Shown piece by piece: positions 18,707 through 28,178 of a stretch of 64,000 nt of DNA (the stretch's first letter is position 1; each line of letters starts with the position of its first letter). The stretch lies in assembly GCA_964629085.1 (NCBI GenBank), contig CAZVPR010000001.1:26517-90516 (forward strand). Reading direction: 5' to 3'. Under the pieces are notes generated by a model. The model ran no database searches. It saw only the letters and a program-made list of their open reading frames with translations, and had not been told where the DNA came from. The position numbers and the translations under genes were made by a program. The stretch is from an uncultured Anaerolineales bacterium. Its GTDB lineage: Bacteria; Chloroflexota; Anaerolineae; Anaerolineales; UBA11858.

Positions 18707-18740
18707 TCTTCGCGGTTCAACCTAATACAGTACTTACCTA

Positions 18741-20261
18741 TCAAGGCGATGCATTCTGATTCAGGTCGAAGATAAAGTAGCCATCCCCTTCGGCCATGAG
18801 CAAATAGTTATCGAAAAGGCGCTCCTTCAACTCGGGGTTGTCGTTGAATTCGCCCATTTTAGTGACGACAAAATAATCATATTCATCGATGCGGCGGAGA
18901 ATATCGTTCTTGAAATTACTTACATCTTCCCCAGCCAGAGCGCGGATCTGGATATCGTTGGAGTCCGGCCAACTGTCGTTGCCTACATGTCCATAATAAG
19001 CAAGATAGTAGCCATAAGCATGACTGAGTGAAACGGTCTTCTTGCCGGGCTCGATCAACTCACCGATCTGCTGCCAGTATTGATATTCTTCACGATAATC
19101 GTGGCGAACAAGATTCACGCGCACATCCCAAACTTTGAAAAACGCGCCCCCAATGATCAGGAGCACCACAAACCCCCGCGCCAGGAGCCCGCTATCCACA
19201 GCAGCCAGGCGCTGGAAAACTTCCGATAAAACGACGATTAATGAAATCGCCACTATCAATATTAATGGCAGTTGGTAATAGTCATGCGTCAGGGTGTGAT
19301 AGGCAAAAGTCAGACTGTAAACCCCATAGCCAAACCACAAACCTGCTAATAGGCCGCGTTTACCTTTATCTTTCAATAAAAGGATTCCAGCCAACGCGGC
19401 CAGAACGGTCCCATAACCAGCGATATTCGTTATCATTTCCTGCCAGCGGATGTAGAAGGCCGGGTCACGAAGGAGAGCGGGGAATACCCGGTAGCTGAGC
19501 TGCTGCTGGAGGAAACCAGCAATCCACAAACCGTAAATATTGAATAAAGCCGTAGGCAATATTGTGACCACTGCCATTATCCAGACTTGCTTGTCACGCA
19601 GCGCTTTCCACAGACCCACACCGAACAAAATTAAACCGACATAGCCACCAGCGATAAAGAAGACGGCCACGCTCTTGATATAAATGGCCAAACCGCCCAG
19701 CGCCCCGGCGAGAATTGCCATTTTCAGCGTGCGCATACGATACCAACGCAAAGCGGCCCACAAAGCCCAGGCAATCAAGCAGGTCATCAAAGGGTCAGGT
19801 TGAAAGACTCGGCTGCCAAAGATGCCATAGGGCAAAAACAGAATGTAGAACATAGCCACCAAGGAGCCATCCAAATTACCGAGTTCACGCCCTAAGAGCA
19901 AAACAACCAGCCCAGCCAGCACCCAAAAGATCGATGATAATAAACGCGGAACCCACAACTGCTCCGCGCCGCCAAGCCTGTACAACCAGACTGTGAGCTG
20001 CTCCAGCAATTGAGGCTCGATGGTGGTCTCGTTGTTCCAGGCATACATAGCCGCGGCGCGCTCATCTTCTGGGATATCGTCGCGGCTTTCATAAAATATA
20101 CCGCGGGCGATAATCGCCGAACGGTGCTGGCGAGTGGAATGGAAATCAAAGGGCGGATCGGTCAGATCATAAACACGGATTCCAAGCCCCAGTGCTACTC
20201 CGAATACAACTAAGATTAGAAAAAACCAGGTAGGTTGAAAAAAGTAAAGTTTTTCTTTCAC
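18741..20261 (-). CDS. GT-C fold membrane glycosyltransferase (PMT_2/ArnT-like)
   Basis: 506 aa and polytopic. First loop: YDLTDPPFDFHSTRQHRSAIIARGIFYE. The soluble tail is about 100 aa. There is a 4-nt overlap with the upstream GT2 gene. Confidence 0.65.
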   Translation of the reverse strand: MKEKLYFFQPTWFFLILVVFGVALGLGIRVYDLTDPPFDFHSTRQHRSAIIARGIFYESRDDIPEDERAAAMYAWNNETTIEPQLLEQLTVWLYRLGGAEQLWVPRLLSSIFWVLAGLVVLLLGRELGNLDGSLVAMFYILFLPYGIFGSRVFQPDPLMTCLIAWALWAALRWYRMRTLKMAILAGALGGLAIYIKSVAVFFIAGGYVGLILFGVGLWKALRDKQVWIMAVVTILPTALFNIYGLWIAGFLQQQLSYRVFPALLRDPAFYIRWQEMITNIAGYGTVLAALAGILLLKDKGKRGLLAGLWFGYGVYSLTFAYHTLTHDYYQLPLILIVAISLIVVLSEVFQRLAAVDSGLLARGFVVLLIIGGAFFKVWDVRVNLVRHDYREEYQYWQQIGELIEPGKKTVSLSHAYGYYLAYYGHVGNDSWPDSNDIQIRALAGEDVSNFKNDILRRIDEYDYFVVTKMGEFNDNPELKERLFDNYLLMAEGDGYFIFDLNQNASP

Positions 20262-21253
20262 GCTATCCGCTCCTCATAAAGGAGGTTAATGTTTTCTACA
20301 CCAAATTGTCGCACCGACTCAGGAATCTTTTTCCGTTGTACACTGTAGTATACATCGCCTAACTTCCCCAGGCCTAGCATTGCCAAGAATGCGTAAACGA
20401 TGCGGTGCCACTCTTTCAATGCAGTTTTAGGATGTAAAGAAAATGCTTTGAGATAATTCTTCAAAGCGGGCCAGCCCTTCCCTCCATCCAACAGATAGCG
20501 GGCATTAAACCGATAAGCGCCAGCCTGAATTGAAGATGGAGCCTGCTGAATGATAGCTTGCAAATCTGGCTGGGTTTTCATCCATTCGAGGACTTCCAGG
20601 GCTTCACGCCCAAAACCCTCGGGTTGAGCAACATTTTTTGCAAAAGAATGATGACGGGCAAATGCCCACAAATGCGGAACATACTTCAATGTGGAATGTC
20701 GGGCCATGCGCAGCCACAAATGATGATCCAGCATGTAATGATATTTAGGATTGAGATAACCGGCCTGATCTAACACAGATTTACGAAAAACAACCGCCGG
20801 CTGCCAGATGATATTGAATGCCATCAGGTCTTTCAATGTCCAATCCCCAAAGGTAGCCTCATTTAAGGGCAGGCCATCTTCATTGATTGAGACGGCATTC
20901 CCAAACACCAGACCGACCTCGGGGTGGGCGCGCAGAACCTCGATGGCTTGATTCAACATCCCAGGGGCGTACATATCATCAGAATTCAACCAGGCTACAA
21001 ACTCCCCTCTGGCTCGTGCAAAGCCCTTGTTAATTGCTTCTGCCTGTCCACTGTCGGGTTCCGAGATCCACCAGGCCAGTTGATGGGCAAATTTTTGAAT
21101 GATCTCTACGCTGCCATCGGTCGAGCGGCCATCCACAATGAAATATTCCAGGTCAGGAATTTCCTGAGCCAACACCGAGCGGATGGCAAATTCCAGAAAT
21201 TCGGCCTGATTATAGGATGGGGTGATAATTGTGATCGATGGAGAAGAAGTCAT
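20258..21253 (-). CDS. GT2-family glycosyltransferase (paralog of 17767..18537)
   Basis: 331 aa. ITIITPSYNQAEFLEFAIRSVLAQEIPDLEYFIVDGRSTDGS, and WLNSDDMY. Confidence 0.85.
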   Translation of the reverse strand: MTSSPSITIITPSYNQAEFLEFAIRSVLAQEIPDLEYFIVDGRSTDGSVEIIQKFAHQLAWWISEPDSGQAEAINKGFARARGEFVAWLNSDDMYAPGMLNQAIEVLRAHPEVGLVFGNAVSINEDGLPLNEATFGDWTLKDLMAFNIIWQPAVVFRKSVLDQAGYLNPKYHYMLDHHLWLRMARHSTLKYVPHLWAFARHHSFAKNVAQPEGFGREALEVLEWMKTQPDLQAIIQQAPSSIQAGAYRFNARYLLDGGKGWPALKNYLKAFSLHPKTALKEWHRIVYAFLAMLGLGKLGDVYYSVQRKKIPESVRQFGVENINLLYEERIA

Positions 21254-23037
21254 TATTTGTGATCGATTTGATAAACCTGTAAAGGTGATGATTCTGAAAC
21301 CAATGTTGCCGATGTCAAATCAAGAAACTCAAGAGGGAACTTTTCTTTTTGTAAAACCCCTTCAAATGTTTGCTTACTCTCATCGATGACCACAAATACA
21401 TTCCGAAAACTCCCGCCCCGATCAGAAAATCTATCCCCATCATTCAGTTGATATAGATCAAAATAATACCGAACCAGCGCATCTACCGGGAATGTTGTAA
21501 CAACTACATCGCCGGTTTCTAAAATATTCTCTAAATCTACAGTAACGTTTCTAGCCGGAGAGCCATTTGAGATTTGCTTCGAGAATATTTTTTGCCCGCC
21601 TAAGAATATGGGAGTAAGAATAATCACCAGCAAACCAAACTTGGTCCCTGCTGCGATCCAACGCCTATCCGCAACCAAGCGTCTCAGGGTGAAATTATAG
21701 AAACCCACTATCCCGGCAGCTGCCCAAATCAGGAATACAGGCACAACAAACAACCACATTCGATCAAATGGTGCTACTCTTCTTACGAAAATAAAACCTG
21801 CCGAGAAAAGGATCAATATATAGGCGAAGGATACCCGCGGTTGATCATCCCTATTCTGAAAAAATGGGGCCACTACAAATCCTACAATTAAAATCCATAT
21901 CGTAGGTTCAGGAGTTCCCTTACGGAAAACATCCCAAGTTTCTAACAATCTTTCTGATAGCACACGCCAATATTCAGATTTATCCAGGGGAGCAACAAAT
22001 GAATTACTGGCTACCTGATCAAAACCACTAACAATGAATACCGGTGAATATAACAAGATCACCCAAACAACCGTGATAATCACCATGCCTATCAAATTTC
22101 GAAGAAATCGATTCTCCCGGACTGGTTGAGTATCATTTAGCAGCCAAACCAAGGCCATCCAAATACAGAAAGCGCCAAAGGGAAATAACATCGTCGGGAC
22201 AGTGTAGAAACCAAAGACAGAAAATACCACCATCAAAACCCAGGCAGCCTTATTTGGTATCTTCTGAACATAGGCCCCCAAAGCAATGATTACCAGCGTG
22301 ACCAGGCAAAGGATCGAATATCCACGAGCGTTAGTCGAGTAATTGATCAGAATTGGCGCGAGCCCAATTAAGCCAGCGGAGAGCAGCGCTGTATCTGGAT
22401 CGAATATTCTTCTCGCGGCCAAATATCCTGCCGGAACCAGGAAAATGCCCGCCATAAAGGCTGGCAAGCGCACCACCCAGAGTTGATTGCCAAAAATGCG
22501 ATAAATAATATGCACCAGGATGGAATGGAAAATGTGGTTGTTGGGCAAATGATAATCGCTGATGATGCGTAGCAATGGACGGGAGGCAAAAATATTGAAG
22601 GTATAGGCCTCATCATAAAGGATGGGCCGTTGTAAAAACCTGGCGCTATTGACAATCACACCAACGAAAACGGCCAACAATATGTAACGATGCCAGCGAT
22701 CATCTTCAGCCCAAAACAAGTCTTTGCACAAAGCCTTGATATCCGCGATGATCGCATGCGCAACATCCTTTACCCCATGAACTAATTGGCTTACAAGGCG
22801 TTGGGATACATTCCTGGAAATCACCATCCAGCCGCTGAAACCCATAAATACAGCACCAACCCATTTCAAAAAACTTAGCTGGACGTGAATTTCAGATGTA
22901 AAAAATTCTAATTCGCCGTCTCTGGGAATGGTATCTGCGTAAGGTTTCAAAATCTCGAAAGGGATTAGCGAGAGCAGAAATAGCAAGCTCCCGGCCATCA
23001 GCATTCCCAAAAGAATTATGCCCCACAAGGGCTTCAC
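21253..23037 (-). CDS. GT-C fold membrane glycosyltransferase (PMT_2 / GT39-like)
   Basis: 594 aa and polytopic. ILYDEAYTFNIFASRPLLRIISDYHLPNNHIFHSILVHI carries the DEAY-type first-loop motif. The soluble tail is about 110 aa. Confidence 0.65.
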   Translation of the reverse strand: MKPLWGIILLGMLMAGSLLFLLSLIPFEILKPYADTIPRDGELEFFTSEIHVQLSFLKWVGAVFMGFSGWMVISRNVSQRLVSQLVHGVKDVAHAIIADIKALCKDLFWAEDDRWHRYILLAVFVGVIVNSARFLQRPILYDEAYTFNIFASRPLLRIISDYHLPNNHIFHSILVHIIYRIFGNQLWVVRLPAFMAGIFLVPAGYLAARRIFDPDTALLSAGLIGLAPILINYSTNARGYSILCLVTLVIIALGAYVQKIPNKAAWVLMVVFSVFGFYTVPTMLFPFGAFCIWMALVWLLNDTQPVRENRFLRNLIGMVIITVVWVILLYSPVFIVSGFDQVASNSFVAPLDKSEYWRVLSERLLETWDVFRKGTPEPTIWILIVGFVVAPFFQNRDDQPRVSFAYILILFSAGFIFVRRVAPFDRMWLFVVPVFLIWAAAGIVGFYNFTLRRLVADRRWIAAGTKFGLLVIILTPIFLGGQKIFSKQISNGSPARNVTVDLENILETGDVVVTTFPVDALVRYYFDLYQLNDGDRFSDRGGSFRNVFVVIDESKQTFEGVLQKEKFPLEFLDLTSATLVSESSPLQVYQIDHK

Positions 23038-23057
23038 GAGAGAATATCCATCCCGAT

Positions 23058-23882
23058 TCAGAATAATGAGTTGTACTCGACCTTTGGAAAAACGGTTAAT
23101 TTTCCCCCAATGGTGGCATCGAGCATGCGACGACCGGCTTTTTCGAAGTGCATGCGGGCCAACAAGTAGCCTCGTTCAGAAGTATCCAGATCGGGAAGCT
23201 GCCAGCGGAAGCCTTTACCAAAATACCCGGGATCGAAATGATTGGGGTCATCGCCACCCGAAACTACAGTCGTATTGGGCTTCCCTTCGCTGGTGAAACT
23301 GTGATCCACGCCAATCAAGATAACTTCATCAAAACCCATGTGAAAGGCTAACTGCAAACAAACGTAGGTTACCGTTGCTCCTTCCCAAAGCCGTTCACAC
23401 ACATCATGAGCAAATTTTGGGCCGGTGTACGTCGAAAAGAGAAAATGTGTATTTTCATCGGGCTGGCCCTGGGGATAAAGCAGCCCGCGCGATCGCCAGG
23501 AAAAAAACTTGGGCATCGCTAATGATTGAAAATCCAGGTAACACTGCTCATTGACAAGGTTATTCACCGACACAAGAAAATTCGTGCGAAAACCCCAATC
23601 CGGAAATGCCAGATAAATGCGATTCATCCCAAAGGTGAATTCGTTTTTCAGTTTCGAAACATCCGTATTCTTCAAGCTGGGACCATTTCCAATCACGAAA
23701 CAGCGTTCACCATTATGTACGTCTTTCAACGCTGCCAGACGGCGAATACTCTCTCGTCGCCAGGGATGCATGACAGCCATTGGCCATTGTGCGGCACGTC
23801 GAAGCGCATAGCGCGTCTCACTAATTGGTTGCCAAATGGAGGCGGGAACCAGTGATTTGATTTTCTGCCTGTAATTTGTCAT
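23058..23882 (-). CDS. DUF115 (MAF_flag10/MptE-like) protein resembling CstII-type (GT42) ulosonic-acid transferases
   Basis: 274 aa. CFVIGNGPSLKNTDVSKLKNEFTFGMNRIY aligns by eye with the CstII N-terminus (VIIAGNGPSLKEIDYSRLPNDFDVFRCNQFY). The later block TYVCLQLAFHMGFDEVILIGVDHSF resembles GVYMCAVAIALGYKEIYLSGIDFY. Confidence 0.6.
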   Translation of the reverse strand: MTNYRQKIKSLVPASIWQPISETRYALRRAAQWPMAVMHPWRRESIRRLAALKDVHNGERCFVIGNGPSLKNTDVSKLKNEFTFGMNRIYLAFPDWGFRTNFLVSVNNLVNEQCYLDFQSLAMPKFFSWRSRGLLYPQGQPDENTHFLFSTYTGPKFAHDVCERLWEGATVTYVCLQLAFHMGFDEVILIGVDHSFTSEGKPNTTVVSGGDDPNHFDPGYFGKGFRWQLPDLDTSERGYLLARMHFEKAGRRMLDATIGGKLTVFPKVEYNSLF

Positions 23883-23885
23883 GGG

Positions 23886-24647
23886 TTATTCTGTGCTTAG
23901 GCGAGCTGTCGCGCCCCCATCGACTATCATTGCCTGGCCCGTCATGAAGGAAGATTGTTCTCCATCCGCTAAAAAATAAATCGACTGGGCTATCTCTTCC
24001 GGTAAGCCAATTTTTCCACTAACCGTTTTGCGAGCCAGATTTTCTAGACGATCCATCAGGTTTCCAGCTCCAGCATGGTCTCGGTTCATCCCAGCGCGCA
24101 GCATGGGTGTATCAACTGCACCTGGGAGAATTGAGTTGACGCGAATATTGTCAGGGGCAAATTCAATGGCCATCGCTCTGGTCAGAGCCAGCATACCGCC
24201 TTTACTGGCCGCGTACGCGGCAATATCTTTGGATGTAGCCACGGCGTGCACAGAGGATACATTCACCATCGCCCCGCCTCCCCGGCACTTCAGTAATGGG
24301 TGGGCCAGTTTTGCACTTAGAAACACCGAACGCAAATTTGATGCCATGACCGCATCCCACTCTTCAACAGTAGTCTCTAGGAGTGGCTTAGTAATTTGAT
24401 GAGCAGCGTTATTTACGAGAGCATCTAGAGTATCCGTGAAGCCTTGCGCTTGATTAAAAATCTCTTCTAACGCTGAAGCATCGGATATATCCGCCTGAAT
24501 GAATAGGCCATTATCAGGAAATTCCGAGCCAAAGGGCGCTCGATCCACACCAATTACTTGCCACCCCTTATTCGCAAATAACTGTACCGTAGCGCGACCG
24601 ATGCCGCCTGCTGCGCCGGTAATCAACATTGTTCGTGAGCCAGTCAT
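23886..24647 (-). CDS. Short-chain dehydrogenase/reductase (classical SDR)
   Basis: 253 aa. Cofactor motif ITGAAGGIGRAT, the NNAA motif, and the catalytic YAASKGG. Confidence 0.85.
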   Translation of the reverse strand: MTGSRTMLITGAAGGIGRATVQLFANKGWQVIGVDRAPFGSEFPDNGLFIQADISDASALEEIFNQAQGFTDTLDALVNNAAHQITKPLLETTVEEWDAVMASNLRSVFLSAKLAHPLLKCRGGGAMVNVSSVHAVATSKDIAAYAASKGGMLALTRAMAIEFAPDNIRVNSILPGAVDTPMLRAGMNRDHAGAGNLMDRLENLARKTVSGKIGLPEEIAQSIYFLADGEQSSFMTGQAMIVDGGATARLSTE

Positions 24648-25618
24648 TACTCTCCTGTTTTAAATTCTTCCAATTTTGAACTATCGAGACCCAGCCCATC
24701 TAAAAGGTTTCGAATTGTATTCCAGTGAACCTGTTCCCAAGCCATCGGGCTGGAATTTGCGTTGTGAGGCGCGATCAAAACATTATCCATCTCGAGCAGC
24801 GGACTGGAATTTGGCAGGGGTTCCTCTTCAAAAACATCTAACGCAGCCCCAGCGATAGTGCCATTATTAAGGGCATCGATAAGGGCCACTTCGTCCACAA
24901 TGGGGCCACGAGCCGAGTTGATAAGCACGGCTCCAGGCTTCATCATTGCCAATGTATCAGCATTGATCAAATGTTCGCTGGTTGGATTAAGATCGCAATT
25001 CAAACTCACAAAATCCGCTCGACTAAGCAAATCCACCAAAGTAGTCATCTGCAAACGATGTTCGCGCACAAAATCAGGCCTGATTTCGCGAATATCGTTG
25101 CCCAACACTTCCATGCCAAATACATTGGCTCGCCGAATGACTGCTTTACCGGTATTTCCCACACCTATCACCCCTAGGGTGCACTCATGCAAAGCTCGAC
25201 CAGGGATTTTATCCCATGTGCCGGCTTTCATCGCCCGATCCATCCAGGGTTGCCGGCGTGCAAAAGCAAGCATATACCCAAGAACCGTATCCGCAACCGG
25301 CAATGTAAATGCGTTGGGTGTATTTCCAATTTTAATACCCAGACGTTCACACGCTTCCTGATCAATTGAATCGATGCCCGTCCCCCATTTAGAGATTACC
25401 TTCAAGCGCGGCACACAAACATCCAAAACCTGGGGCGTATAGCGGTCATCACCACAAACGGCCCCATCGAATTGTCCGGCATAGGACAGGATATCTTCTT
25501 CTTCAAGACGTTCTTCCACTTCTGGGACGATTAATTCAATACCATAACTGTCGAACACTGACCGAAAGCGGTCCAAAAATGGGATCATGTACGGAGCGGT
25601 GAAAAGGACAGTATACAT
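24647..25618 (-). CDS. D-isomer-specific 2-hydroxyacid dehydrogenase family (NAD-binding)
   Basis: 323 aa. GVIGVGNTGKAV (GxGxxG), INSARGPIVDE, and the catalytic-His region IAPHNANSS. Confidence 0.85.
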   Translation of the reverse strand: MYTVLFTAPYMIPFLDRFRSVFDSYGIELIVPEVEERLEEEDILSYAGQFDGAVCGDDRYTPQVLDVCVPRLKVISKWGTGIDSIDQEACERLGIKIGNTPNAFTLPVADTVLGYMLAFARRQPWMDRAMKAGTWDKIPGRALHECTLGVIGVGNTGKAVIRRANVFGMEVLGNDIREIRPDFVREHRLQMTTLVDLLSRADFVSLNCDLNPTSEHLINADTLAMMKPGAVLINSARGPIVDEVALIDALNNGTIAGAALDVFEEEPLPNSSPLLEMDNVLIAPHNANSSPMAWEQVHWNTIRNLLDGLGLDSSKLEEFKTGE

Positions 25619-25623
25619 TGATG

Positions 25624-25677
25624 TCAGGTATCAGGTGCCAGGTTTCAGGTATCAGATGCGAATAAAAACCTGATACC
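25624..25677. repeat. Tandem heptamer array (YCAGGTN x4.5) with inverted partner (CAGGT-word type)
   Basis: tcaggta tcaggtg ccaggtt tcaggta tcag spans 25624-25655. cctgatacc (25669-25677) is the exact reverse complement of ggtatcagg within the array. Confidence 0.8.
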
Positions 25678-25690
25678 AAATAACCAATAC

Positions 25691-26362
25691 CTACTTACCT
25701 TTTTTTCTCCTCATCAAAAAGTCGACGATCTCAAAATCCAATTCTTCATCGATGTCCCAGGCTTCAGCGGCGTCAATTTCAAACATCATCGGACGCTCAC
25801 CAAGTCGATTACGGCGTTGTTGCAGGATTTCCTTAGTGAAGATATAGATACATGAGTTTTCTTCATAATTCGGAGGCAGATCTTGGGTTTGCAGAAGAAC
25901 GGCTGGATTATGGTTTATCGCGCGTCCCAGTTGATCCCACAAACGTGTCTGAATGCGTGTTACAGAAAATAGAGAGTCATACGCCGGATATTGATCTAGA
26001 AAAGATTGGATCGCATTCGAAACGGTTTCAGGACACAAAAGTGGATTCGTGCTATGCGTTTGGAGATAAAAGTCGGTCTCTACTTGCCCTGCATCATATG
26101 TCAGCACTTCATTCATTGGCACTTCGCCTGGACATAAATAATCAGGTCGTTCAATAACACGTACAGATGGGAAGTGCCGTTGCAGACCATTCATCACTTC
26201 TGAGCTATCTGTGTTCACGATAACTTCTGAAATTTCTGGGACATTCAAAAGTGTTTCAACGATGTAGTGGAAAAGAGGTTTTCCCGCAAGTAAACGATAA
26301 TTTTTCCCTGGCACTCGTTGAGAATTATGGCGCATGGGAACGAGGGCGACGATTCTAGTCAT
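25691..26362 (-). CDS. CTP_transf_3 cytidylyltransferase (acylneuraminate/ulosonate cytidylyltransferase family)
   Basis: 223 aa. The N-terminus IVALVPMRHNSQRVPGKNYRLLAGKPL matches the family P-loop-like motif. Confidence 0.75.
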   Translation of the reverse strand: MTRIVALVPMRHNSQRVPGKNYRLLAGKPLFHYIVETLLNVPEISEVIVNTDSSEVMNGLQRHFPSVRVIERPDYLCPGEVPMNEVLTYDAGQVETDFYLQTHSTNPLLCPETVSNAIQSFLDQYPAYDSLFSVTRIQTRLWDQLGRAINHNPAVLLQTQDLPPNYEENSCIYIFTKEILQQRRNRLGERPMMFEIDAAEAWDIDEELDFEIVDFLMRRKKGK

Positions 26363-26377
26363 GTCCTGATTATAATC

Positions 26378-27349
26378 CTACTCTGTCTTGTTCTCATAAT
26401 CGATTGGAGTAATCTCGCGCGGGGCAGGCGTTTTATCTGACAAAATACTTGGAGGGTAATAGAATGCCCGATGAAGTTGCGCATCGATATTCCCCGAATA
26501 ACGGTATCCTTGGTGCGTTCCCCAATACTGCAAAAAGCGAAACCAAAAAATGCTCACCCAATGGGCTCCGAGGCTCCTCTCTCGGCGAGCTTGTAATAAA
26601 TCTGAAAATGTACTCCCTAGCCACAACCCCAAAAAATTCCTAAATGTGAATTTGCTTTCAGGAAGGATTTGCTTCATAGCTATCGCTTCACGTCGATAAC
26701 GATTATAAACCTGGGCAGGTTTTTCATCATGCAAATGCACAATTTCAGCTTCAGCCACGTACGCAATCAAATACCCTTCTTGTTGCACCCAACTACTCCA
26801 GGTTAAATCTTCCAATCCGGTCAGAGATTCATTGTAGGGATTCGCTTCCCACAATGAACGCCGAATAGCGGCGTTGGCGTTATGAGCATAAGCGTGCGCT
26901 TGCCTGGGCTGTGAACTATCCGGAAAGTACTTGCGGAAAAACTGGTGTTCAGAATACTGATTGGTTTGGCCCCCACGCTGCTTTCCATAAGTAACGGCAA
27001 CTTCAGTATTACTGAAAGGTGCCAGCATTTGTTCCAACCAATCGGGATAAACCGGGTAACAATGCGCACTGATAATAACAATATATTCACCCGATGTTGC
27101 CTCAATACCCCGGTTCAAGGAACGCCCAAAGGTAAATTCCTGTGGACTGATGTTGACGATTTTTACAGGATAACCGCCTGCAATGGCTACAGTTTCATCC
27201 GTAGAACCTGAGTCAACCAGGATAGTTTCCACATCCTTTAACGTTTGCTGCGAAATGCCCTTCAGCAACCGGCCTATGTGGCCGGCTTCGTTATAGGCGC
27301 GAATGACCACCGAACAAAGTGGTCGATTACCAATCTGTGGATTGCTCAT
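26378..27349 (-). CDS. GT2-family glycosyltransferase
   Basis: 323 aa. CSVVIRAYNEAGHIGRLLKGISQQTLKDVETILVDSGSTDET. Confidence 0.8.
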   Translation of the reverse strand: MSNPQIGNRPLCSVVIRAYNEAGHIGRLLKGISQQTLKDVETILVDSGSTDETVAIAGGYPVKIVNISPQEFTFGRSLNRGIEATSGEYIVIISAHCYPVYPDWLEQMLAPFSNTEVAVTYGKQRGGQTNQYSEHQFFRKYFPDSSQPRQAHAYAHNANAAIRRSLWEANPYNESLTGLEDLTWSSWVQQEGYLIAYVAEAEIVHLHDEKPAQVYNRYRREAIAMKQILPESKFTFRNFLGLWLGSTFSDLLQARRERSLGAHWVSIFWFRFLQYWGTHQGYRYSGNIDAQLHRAFYYPPSILSDKTPAPREITPIDYENKTE

Positions 27350-28178
27350 ATCCTAATTGCACTAACAAACCTCCAGCAACCTCTTTGAACAAATATTTAT
27401 GCTCCTCTGTGAACGATTCTCGCCATTTGCCGACTTTGCCACTTCGGAATGTTGGGGAACGTGCTGGATCAATAGCAGATTTCAAAATATTTATTGTTTC
27501 TGGTTCATTTTTCTCAACTGGGAAGCCGCGCCCTCGGGCGTGATTCAGGACCTTTAGGAGAGTCTTGTCTTGATCGGTGATGAAATCTTCAAATTTCAAA
27601 ACCAAAACTTCGGAGCGTTCGAGCCAACCCAAATAAGGTTCAAAGCGTTCACGAATGTTCGGAAATTCGATTTCTAGTTCAGGTCTTCCCAAAATACTGG
27701 CGCGTAAGCGTACATCAAAATTATGCAATTCCATCTTATAAAATTGATGATGAACATGATTGGGCTCCATCTCAGTAACATAGTGGACGTGAGAAACAAC
27801 TACATCACGCGGATCGCGAAAGATAAAAAATGGAACCACACTATCCTGCGTAAGCAGGGATACAACCCCTGGCAGGGCATGCAAATGACCATAGGCGATA
27901 TCCCCCGGCCGTAAACGCCGAAGGTCACTCAAAATTTGATTTTGTGGGCGCAGTTCGCCCGTAGGGCCATCGAAGGTAAGCACAGCCGGGAGGCCACCGT
28001 CCACCGCAGGCCCTATTTTGGTCAGCCCTTGCAACACCTGAGTGAGCAAATGTGTGCCACTCTTTGGGAAAGAATTAGCGAAGAAGACAGGAACGCCTGA
28101 AAGAGAACCATTTCGGGCCAATACTTTTAGGCGACGCATTCGCCAACGGGCTAACTTGAGCAGATTTCGAATTCTCAT
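27327..28178 (-). CDS. PAPS-dependent sulfotransferase
   Basis: 283 aa. 5'-PSB-type loop FPKSGTHLL and 3'-PB-type FRDPRDVVVSHVHY. Confidence 0.8.
   Translation of the reverse strand: MRIRNLLKLARWRMRRLKVLARNGSLSGVPVFFANSFPKSGTHLLTQVLQGLTKIGPAVDGGLPAVLTFDGPTGELRPQNQILSDLRRLRPGDIAYGHLHALPGVVSLLTQDSVVPFFIFRDPRDVVVSHVHYVTEMEPNHVHHQFYKMELHNFDVRLRASILGRPELEIEFPNIRERFEPYLGWLERSEVLVLKFEDFITDQDKTLLKVLNHARGRGFPVEKNEPETINILKSAIDPARSPTFRSGKVGKWRESFTEEHKYLFKEVAGGLLVQLGYEQSTDW

Noticed and set aside
25624-25655. Possible CRISPR array or minisatellite
   Set aside because: The units are 7 nt and contiguous with no spacers. The total length is 32 nt and there are no cas genes, so this is not CRISPR.
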